Below, piece by piece: positions 56,760 through 63,357 of a stretch of DNA of 64,000 nt (position 1 is the stretch's first letter; every line of letters begins with the position of its first letter). The position numbers and the translations under genes were made by a program. The notes under the pieces were generated by a model. The model was not told the DNA's origin. It was given only the letters and a program-made list of their open reading frames with translations, and did not search any database. The stretch lies in assembly GCA_021773035.1 (NCBI GenBank), contig JAJFKU010000052.1, positions 8,040 to 72,039 of the forward strand. Reading direction: 5' to 3'. Origin of the DNA: Woeseiaceae bacterium. Lineage in GTDB: Bacteria > Pseudomonadota > Gammaproteobacteria > Steroidobacterales > Woeseiaceae.

Positions 56760-59536
56760 TCTTTGTCGCTGATTCTATGGCAGCCGCTGCTGGCACAGTT
56801 CAGATCGTTTGCCAGACCGTTGTGATCGTCCTTGTCAGCTTTGTAATCTCTCGCATGGCATCCGGCACAGGTTGGCTGATAACCCGGCGAGGACCAGCTT
56901 ACGACTTCCGTGTTGCTGCGATGGCAGTCCGTACAGGCAAAGTTCCCGCGATGATCGAGCGGTTCGTAGGTGAGCCCGCTATGACTGTAGTCGGCGGGTG
57001 TCCAGGCGTTGGGACTGTGACATAAACCACAGTCCTGGCTGGTGTTGAAGTGTCCCGGGTTCTGTCCCGTCGCCTGGATTCCATTGTGGCAGGATGAGCA
57101 GGAGCCGAGCACCTGGTTGTGGTCGACGGCCACAACGGGAATCCAGACGGTCGGACTGTGACAGTCTTCGCAGACGTTCGTCGTTTGCACGTGAGCCGGT
57201 CCTTTGCCGGTCGCGTCGCTGCCGTTGTGGCAGCTTGAACAGTTGTCCACGATATTCGTATGGTCGAAATTAGCCGGTGTCCACGCGACTGTCGTGTGAC
57301 AGTCGTCGCAGTTGTTGCCGCTCGCGATATGTGTCGGATGTTTGCCGATGGCAAGCGTGCCGTTGTGGCAGGAGCTACAGGCGCCGAGAACCTGCGTGTG
57401 GTCAACCGTGTAGGGTGGAATCCAGGTATTCGGTGTATGACAGTCTTCGCAGACGGTGCTCGTCTGAATGTGATTCGGGTTTTTGCCCGTTGCATCGGTG
57501 CCGTTGTGGCAATTCGCGCAGTTGCCGGTGATATTGATGTGATCGAAATTGGCGGGCAGCCAGGCTGTCGTTGCATGGCAATCGTCACAGTTATTGCCGC
57601 TGCTAATGTGGGTTGGATTCTTACCGGTAGCCTCGACGCCATTGTGGCAGCTGACGCAATTACCCGTGATGCCGACATGGTCGAAATTGGCCGGCAGCCA
57701 GGCAACGGTGGAGTGGCAGTCATCACAGCTGTTGCCGCTCGTGATGTGCGCCGGATGTTTGCCGGTCGCGCTTACGCCATCGTGGCAGGAGCCGCAGGAG
57801 CCAAGCACCTGGGTATGGTCGACGTTGATAGCGGGCGCCCAGGTATTGCTGCTGTGGCAGTCTTCGCAGACATTGCTGGTCTGGATGTGTGCCGGGTTTT
57901 TGCCGGTGGCGTCGACACCGTTGTGACAGCTGACGCAATTGCCGGTGATGCCAACGTGGTCGAAGGTCGCCGGCCGCCAGGCAACAGTGGAATGGCAGTC
58001 GTCGCAGGTATTCGGGCTTGTGATATGTGTAGGATGCTTGCCGATTGCGGTAATGCCATCGTGACAGGAGTTACAGGTGCCGATGACCTGTGTGTGATCG
58101 ACGGTAAAGGCCGGCGCAAATACGTTCGTGTTGTGACAGTCTTCGCAGACATTACTGGTCTGGATATGTGCCGGGTTTTTGCCGGTCACGTCGACACCGT
58201 TGTGGCAGTCGACACAGTTCCCGGTGATGTTGAGGTGATCGAAGTTCGCCGGTAACCAGCCAAGGGTTGAATGGCAGTCATCGCAGGTGTCGCCGCTGTT
58301 GATATGATCCGGCGTCTTGCCGCTTGCGGTCAGGCCATCGTGGCAGGAGCCGCAGGCACCGATGACCTGCGTGTGATCGACCGTATCTGCCGGCACGAAG
58401 ACGTTGGTGTTGTGGCAGTCCTCGCAGGTAGCCGTCGTCTGAATATGAGAGGGGTTCTTGCCGGTCACGTCGACACCGTTGTGACAATTGACACAATTGC
58501 CGGTGATTTCCGAATGGTTGAAATTCGCGGGCAGCCAGGCAAGCGTCGAGTGACAATCGTCACAATTCGTGCCACTCGGGATATGTGTGGGGTTCTTGCC
58601 TTCAGCGGTGATTCCGTCATGGCAGGAGCCGCAACTTCCGAGGGCCTGCGTATGATCAACGGTGAGTGCTGGCGCCCATACATTCGGGTTATGACAATCC
58701 TCGCAAACATCGGTAGTCAAAACGTGTGTCGGGTTCTTTCCAGTGGCTTCAACGCCGTTGTGGCAGCTGACACAGTTTCCCGTGATATTCACATGATCGA
58801 AGTTGGCGGGCAGCCAGCCGACTGTCGAGTGGCAATCGTCGCACTGATCACCGCTGCTGAGATGGGTTGCATGTTTACCGGCCGCGGATACGCCGTTGTG
58901 GCAGGATCCGCAGGTTCCCAGTACCTGCGTATGGTCAACGGTGAACGCCGGTTCAAAAGTGATCGTACTATGACAGTCTTCGCAAACATTCGTCGTTTGC
59001 ACGTGCGATGGACTCTTGCCGACTGCAGTCAGCCCATTGTGGCAGCTCACGCAATTGCCGCTGATACCCGCATGGTCGAATGTAGCCGGTGTCCATCCGC
59101 TCGTGGTATGGCAGTCGTCGCACTGATCGGTTGACGAAATGTGGGCCGGTGTTTTGCCGCTTGCCTGAACCCCGTTGTGGCAGCTGACGCAGTTGCCGGT
59201 CAGCGACGAATGATCGACATAGGTGACAATGCTCCAGGCTGCGGTGATATGACAGTCCGAACATTCTCCAACCGTCGAGACGTGATTCGATGGTTTCGAC
59301 GATGCGCGTACCAGGCTGCTCTGAGAGTGACAACTGGTGCAGGTCGAATTGGTGGGGCCAAACGTGCCGCTGACATGGCAGCCCTCGCAAGTGACGTTGG
59401 TATGCGCGCCATCTAGAACGAAGCCGGTACTGAAATGGTCGAAGCTGGTTTGTGAGAGCGCGTCAGTGGATACGAACAGTCCAGACAACATGATGGCCAG
59501 GATTAGAGCGCCGCTACCTAAAACAGTGGTCTTCAT
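56753..59536 (-). CDS. Giant secreted multiheme c-type cytochrome (37 CXXCH + 1 CX4CH)
   Basis: Sec signal (MKTTVLGSGALILAIMLSGLFVSTDALSQ). I counted 37 CXXCH plus a terminal CASSGCH. From motif 5 to motif 35 the spacers are 18 or 19 residues, each carrying one conserved His (FDH/VDH or GK.P.H). Confidence 0.9.
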   Translation of the reverse strand: MKTTVLGSGALILAIMLSGLFVSTDALSQTSFDHFSTGFVLDGAHTNVTCEGCHVSGTFGPTNSTCTSCHSQSSLVRASSKPSNHVSTVGECSDCHITAAWSIVTYVDHSSLTGNCVSCHNGVQASGKTPAHISSTDQCDDCHTTSGWTPATFDHAGISGNCVSCHNGLTAVGKSPSHVQTTNVCEDCHSTITFEPAFTVDHTQVLGTCGSCHNGVSAAGKHATHLSSGDQCDDCHSTVGWLPANFDHVNITGNCVSCHNGVEATGKNPTHVLTTDVCEDCHNPNVWAPALTVDHTQALGSCGSCHDGITAEGKNPTHIPSGTNCDDCHSTLAWLPANFNHSEITGNCVNCHNGVDVTGKNPSHIQTTATCEDCHNTNVFVPADTVDHTQVIGACGSCHDGLTASGKTPDHINSGDTCDDCHSTLGWLPANFDHLNITGNCVDCHNGVDVTGKNPAHIQTSNVCEDCHNTNVFAPAFTVDHTQVIGTCNSCHDGITAIGKHPTHITSPNTCDDCHSTVAWRPATFDHVGITGNCVSCHNGVDATGKNPAHIQTSNVCEDCHSSNTWAPAINVDHTQVLGSCGSCHDGVSATGKHPAHITSGNSCDDCHSTVAWLPANFDHVGITGNCVSCHNGVEATGKNPTHISSGNNCDDCHATTAWLPANFDHINITGNCANCHNGTDATGKNPNHIQTSTVCEDCHTPNTWIPPYTVDHTQVLGACSSCHNGTLAIGKHPTHIASGNNCDDCHTTVAWTPANFDHTNIVDNCSSCHNGSDATGKGPAHVQTTNVCEDCHSPTVWIPVVAVDHNQVLGSCSSCHNGIQATGQNPGHFNTSQDCGLCHSPNAWTPADYSHSGLTYEPLDHRGNFACTDCHRSNTEVVSWSSPGYQPTCAGCHARDYKADKDDHNGLANDLNCASSGCHRISDKEW
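57030..59120. repeat. Diverged tandem coding repeat, about 279-bp (93-aa, 4-heme) period, about 7.5 copies
   Basis: Repeating protein unit CDDCH-x18-CV(S/N/D)CH-x18-CEDCH-x19-C(G/N/S)SCH-x18. Nucleotide copies appear roughly 75-85% identical by eye, e.g. around 57640-57720 versus 57910-57990. Confidence 0.8.
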
Positions 59537-61104
59537 TGCAGCGTTCTCACTTCTCTGAACGATTCGGCTGTGTGGCAGCGGCCACAGTCGGAGCCGAATT
59601 CATCGTCATGCACATCATCAGCGCGATGACAGCTCCCACAGCTACCGTCGATGGTCTTCATCCGGTCCAGTGAGCTGCGGTGACAGTCACTGCAGGCGAC
59701 CGTCGTATGGGCACCTTGCAGCGGGAAAGCGGTTTGCTCCTTATGATCGAAAATCCACAGCTCCCATCCCACCGGGTTGTGGCAGGAGCCGCAGCGCTGC
59801 GGGAAGTTGCCGCGGTGTGGGTCGTCATCGATATGGCAGGACGTGCAGTCACTCTCGGCGTTGGCGAAAGCCTGCGTTTCATGGCAGTCCTCGCATTCGT
59901 TGCCACGATGTGCGCCAAGTAGCGGAAACCGCGTGAGATCGTGATCGAAGAAGATCGGGTCCTGCCAGGTTACTTCCGTGTGGCAGCTCTCACACAGGGT
60001 ACCCAGCGTGCCCTCGTGAACATCATCGTCGATATGGCAGGACTCACAGCCAGTCGTTAACGTTACTTCGAAGATGGGTTCGACGTGGCAGTCGTTACAC
60101 GCCACCTCCGCATGTGCACCAAGAATCTCATAGTCCGTGTCCTGGTTGTGGTCGAAGCCCGGCTCTGACCAGGCATCGTTGTTGTGACAGGTATCGCATT
60201 GATCGCCGTTATGCCCGCCATGGTCGTCGTCCTCGAGGTGACAGGAGACGCAGGCCATGTCCATAACGTCCTCGAACGGCGTTTCCGAATGACAGTCATT
60301 GCAGGAAAGCTCGGCATGCCTGCCGAGCAGTTCGAAATCGGTATCGCGGGCGTGATCGAAACTCGAGTCGTGCCAGTCACCGGGATTGTGGCAGTTTCCG
60401 CAATCATTGCCGCTGCGACCGTTATGGGCATCGTCTTCGGCATGGCAGTCGAAGCAGGCGCTCGCCGGAGCCGGCAGAAATGTCCTGTCTTCATGACAGT
60501 CCAGGCATGCGGCCTCGCGGTGTTGTCCGAGCAGGGGGTAGTCCGTCGTGTCATGGTCGAATTCTGCGTCCAGCCACTCAACCGGCCGGTGGCAGGTAGC
60601 GCAATCAGTCGCCATTGTGTCCTGATGTGGCTCGTCCTCGCTATGGCAATCGACGCAATCCGAGGCGACCGCGCGGTGCTTTTCTCCGCGGTCATGACAA
60701 TCACCGCAGTCGGCATCTTTGTGAGCACCGAGAAGTTCAAAGTCAGTAAAGGCGTGATCGAACGAATCTTCGTCGAGAATGACGACGATCGCGTCTCGCC
60801 CCTCGTGTTCCGTATGACATGACGAACACTGTTCAATGCTTGCCTCGGTATGCAGGCCATGAAAACCGAAGCTGTCGTTGACGTCTGCAGCGACATCCTC
60901 ATGGCAGTCAAGGCACAGCTCGCGTTGCGCCTGTTTGTCGAACATTTTGTGGCACGAAGAACATTCGTTTTCCAGCTCTGCGTGTCCGACAATGACCTTG
61001 CCGGGCATGACCAGGGTTTCAATATCCTGAGCGGATGCCTTTTCTGATGTCATGAACGTCGTCATTAGGATTAATCCAAACGATATATATCGCCACAAAA
61101 TCAT
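59533..61104 (-). CDS. Secreted 21-heme c-type cytochrome built from seven c7-like triheme units
   Basis: Signal (FGLILMTTFMTSEKASAQD). I counted 21 CXXCH. They repeat as a triplet unit C..CH-x11/12-C..CH-x13-C..CH-x26/27, with FDH..T.F.L.G.H between units (doubled-CXXCH / cytochrome c7 style). Confidence 0.9.
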   Translation of the reverse strand: MILWRYISFGLILMTTFMTSEKASAQDIETLVMPGKVIVGHAELENECSSCHKMFDKQAQRELCLDCHEDVAADVNDSFGFHGLHTEASIEQCSSCHTEHEGRDAIVVILDEDSFDHAFTDFELLGAHKDADCGDCHDRGEKHRAVASDCVDCHSEDEPHQDTMATDCATCHRPVEWLDAEFDHDTTDYPLLGQHREAACLDCHEDRTFLPAPASACFDCHAEDDAHNGRSGNDCGNCHNPGDWHDSSFDHARDTDFELLGRHAELSCNDCHSETPFEDVMDMACVSCHLEDDDHGGHNGDQCDTCHNNDAWSEPGFDHNQDTDYEILGAHAEVACNDCHVEPIFEVTLTTGCESCHIDDDVHEGTLGTLCESCHTEVTWQDPIFFDHDLTRFPLLGAHRGNECEDCHETQAFANAESDCTSCHIDDDPHRGNFPQRCGSCHNPVGWELWIFDHKEQTAFPLQGAHTTVACSDCHRSSLDRMKTIDGSCGSCHRADDVHDDEFGSDCGRCHTAESFREVRTLQ

Positions 61105-61122
61105 ATTGCTCGTTCTGTCCGC

Positions 61123-62028
61123 TTAGTACATGTGCACTGCGAGCACGTGAAAGAGGGCGGATATAACAAGAAGAATAAACAGTGGCATGTGAAAAATGTG
61201 CCACAGCGAAAACAGGCGTTCGTAAAACGCCAGCTGCGCGACCTGCCGCATTAGCCCGGTTTGTTGGGCTGCGTAAGCATTCGCAGTTTTTCGGAGGTGT
61301 CTGGTATTGCTCATTACCACTTCGGATACGGCTGCTTTTTCACGCAGCTCCTTGTTAATCTGGACGTATAGGCGCAGCCGGACGATGTAGTACCTGAACG
61401 TCCAGGACAGGCTGTGCCGCAGGCTGATCGAGCGTGTAATTTCGTCGCCCGTCAACCTGGACGAAACCTTATGTAACTCGTGGATGAAACCCGGCATGAT
61501 CGCCGCCAGCCCACGGCTGTTGCCAAGGGCGTCGGCTATTTCTTCGCGCAGCTCTTCTATGCTGGCTCGCTTACCGTACAGACCACGGTGGATTCGGGTG
61601 TAGAAGTAGCGACCGACGATGCCGCTTATTGTGACGGCCAGCATACTGTACAAGGCAACCTTGCTGTTCAGCGCGTCGACACTGAAATTACAATGATAGA
61701 GAATCAGTGCCGGACCCACGAGTCCGAAAATCATGTGGATGCGAAACCAGTGTTTGACCAGGCCAAGTCGCCGCAGTATCGATGACTTCTTTCCGGCTGG
61801 ATAAAGAAGCAGAAGCAACATCAGCGAGCCACCAACGATTCCGAGCCAGTAACCGACGCCCTCTTCGGGATTGACCAGCTCGGTTTCGCGCAGGAACCAG
61901 CCGGCAACGACGGTGATGGCCAATAACAGGTAGCCATAGACACCTCGCCCTGACCGTTTACGAGATACTTTGCCAGCATCAACTTTCGCTTGCGTCGCAG
62001 CTACTTCGCTTACCGTCGTATCGATCAT
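61123..62028 (-). CDS. His-rich 5-TM inner-membrane protein (candidate b-type cytochrome / quinol-interacting module)
   Basis: TM helices YLLLAITVVAGWFL, WLGIVGGSLMLLLLLY, HWFRIHMIFGLVGPALILYH, LYSMLAVTISGIVGRYFY and LFSLWHIFHMPLFILLVISALFHVLAVH, with a soluble loop of about 110 aa. Conserved-looking intramembrane His pairs are present. Confidence 0.7.
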   Translation of the reverse strand: MIDTTVSEVAATQAKVDAGKVSRKRSGRGVYGYLLLAITVVAGWFLRETELVNPEEGVGYWLGIVGGSLMLLLLLYPAGKKSSILRRLGLVKHWFRIHMIFGLVGPALILYHCNFSVDALNSKVALYSMLAVTISGIVGRYFYTRIHRGLYGKRASIEELREEIADALGNSRGLAAIMPGFIHELHKVSSRLTGDEITRSISLRHSLSWTFRYYIVRLRLYVQINKELREKAAVSEVVMSNTRHLRKTANAYAAQQTGLMRQVAQLAFYERLFSLWHIFHMPLFILLVISALFHVLAVHMY

Positions 62029-62825
62029 TTACTGTATTCGTCTTGTTCTATTATCAGCGTCAGATGTTGGTTCTCGGCGACTCTGACGACCTCCGACTTC
62101 GCCTCGAGCCCCTGCAGGGTGGCAGTGGCGTCCCCGGATCGCGTGATTCGTGCCGTAACGATGACTTCCTCGACGTCGGAGAGCTTCATGTCGGCAGTCA
62201 TTGCCTGGCTATCATTCAGCGAGAAGTCGATCGGCAGCTCGGCTGCAGGTCGTTTCAGAACGGCTACGGGCATTGGCGATCCGTTGACGGCACGGGCAAA
62301 GATAAAAACCGTATCGGTCGGATTAACGAAACTCCTGGCTTCCGGCGCCAGGCTGACGTTACCGGATATCTGCGCGGCGGACGTGCCTGTCACGTTTTCC
62401 CCAGAGTTCAGCGCCGCCAACTCCGCATCAACCTGTCCCAGCGCGGCTGCTTTTGCATAGGCGTCGACGGCTTCGTCGAGTCGTCCGAGATGTCGATAGG
62501 AGCGCGCCAGCAGTAGCCAGCTGCCGCCATCGTTCGGATCGTCCTGCAGGCGTGCAGCCAGGCCGTCGACCATGCTCGCGACAGAGGCGATCTTTGTGTT
62601 GTTCGGTGCATTCGACGCGGTGTTTGACGGCAGGTGGGGTGGCTCGCCGGCCGTGCCTGAGCCTGGCGAGCCGAGTTTCATGTAGATCCCGAAGGCGACT
62701 ACCGGCAGCGATACGCAGACCACGAGCAACAAGGGCTTGCGATTCTCCTTAAGCAACGGCATTGCAATAAAGCCCAGCGCCACCGCTGCCATTACCGCTA
62801 CTAAAACCCAAAACAATCCGGCCAT
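62025..62825 (-). CDS. ccmI: CcmI/CycH-like c-type cytochrome biogenesis (apocytochrome chaperone) protein
   Basis: Two N-terminal TMs (FWVLVAVMAAVALGFIAMPLL; LLLVVCVSLPVVAFGIY) and TPR (GGSWLLLARSYRHLGRLDEAVDAYAKAAAL). The C-terminal region (VFIFARAVNGSPMPVAVLKRPAAELPIDFSLNDSQAM...VTARITRSGDA) is typical of CcmI. Confidence 0.65.
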   Translation of the reverse strand: MAGLFWVLVAVMAAVALGFIAMPLLKENRKPLLLVVCVSLPVVAFGIYMKLGSPGSGTAGEPPHLPSNTASNAPNNTKIASVASMVDGLAARLQDDPNDGGSWLLLARSYRHLGRLDEAVDAYAKAAALGQVDAELAALNSGENVTGTSAAQISGNVSLAPEARSFVNPTDTVFIFARAVNGSPMPVAVLKRPAAELPIDFSLNDSQAMTADMKLSDVEEVIVTARITRSGDATATLQGLEAKSEVVRVAENQHLTLIIEQDEYSK

Positions 62826-63272
62826 ATTCAGAACGCCTCAATTTCATCATCTGTTTGCGCGTTGAAAACTCATTATTATCAACACGTAAATCGAACGGGA
62901 AAGGTTCCGCTTTTTGCGAGAAAGTTTTCCCGATTCGTTGTTGGCTGGCGACGCGCTGATCATCCGCGCACGAACTACTGCAATAGTTCGACAATTGTCG
63001 AAAAAGAGGGTCCGGCTGTCGCCAATTGCAGACACACTGCGAACACCTTTCCAGCTTGGGAAACTACAGTATTTTCCAAATGCTGATATGGGGGGTTTCC
63101 TCTACTTTTCGCCTGCTCGCGGGTGGCCGGCGGTAGCCGGATAGGACGGCCGAAAGGCGCTTGTGTAAGAATTGTCTGAATTTCGGTGTTCCTGGCAGTA
63201 TTCCGAACCTTGATATGGACGTCGGGTATTCGTGAGTTTCAGATTTGCCGAAAGTACGCTGAAACAGAGATG

Positions 63273-63288
63273 TGTGAGATGAATCACA
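63273..63288. promoter_or_regulatory. Perfect CRP-type site TGTGA-N6-TCACA
   Basis: TGTGAgatgaaTCACA is centred about 77 nt upstream of the ATG at 63358, inside the 532-bp divergent intergenic region shared with the cytochrome operon. Confidence 0.6.
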
Positions 63289-63357
63289 TTAGTTCCTCTG
63301 TTTGGCCTTAGTCTCAGTCGCTAGTTGCGCAAGAAACAGGATGATTCGAAGTAAATC

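Noticed and set aside
57260-59134. Plus-strand ORFs of 331 and 287 aa, and the same-strand off-frame ORF 56899-57726
   Set aside because: They arise from the periodic repeat structure of the 37-heme cytochrome gene. Their products are Ala/Val/Gly/Arg-rich repeats with no start context, whereas the CXXCH frame is overwhelmingly supported.
60063-61022. 319-aa off-frame minus ORF and 212-aa plus ORF (60184-60822) inside the 21-heme gene
   Set aside because: Same reasoning. Only the frame giving 21 regularly spaced CXXCH motifs and a signal peptide is credible.
62862-62882. FNR/CRP-like half-sites TTGAA...ATCAA just upstream of the ccmI-like gene
   Set aside because: The half-sites are 11 nt apart, not the 4 nt (FNR) or 6 nt (CRP) required, so this is probably just an AT-rich promoter sequence.
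62862-63144. Small ORFs (74-76 aa) in the large intergenic region
   Set aside because: No RBS, atypical composition and mutually overlapping frames. The region is better explained as regulatory DNA, though a small RNA or peptide cannot be excluded without expression data.
63193-63210. Possible sigma-54 promoter (CTGGCAGTATTCCGAAC)
   Set aside because: It has the TGGCA -24 element but no TTGC/GC -12 element at the required spacing.
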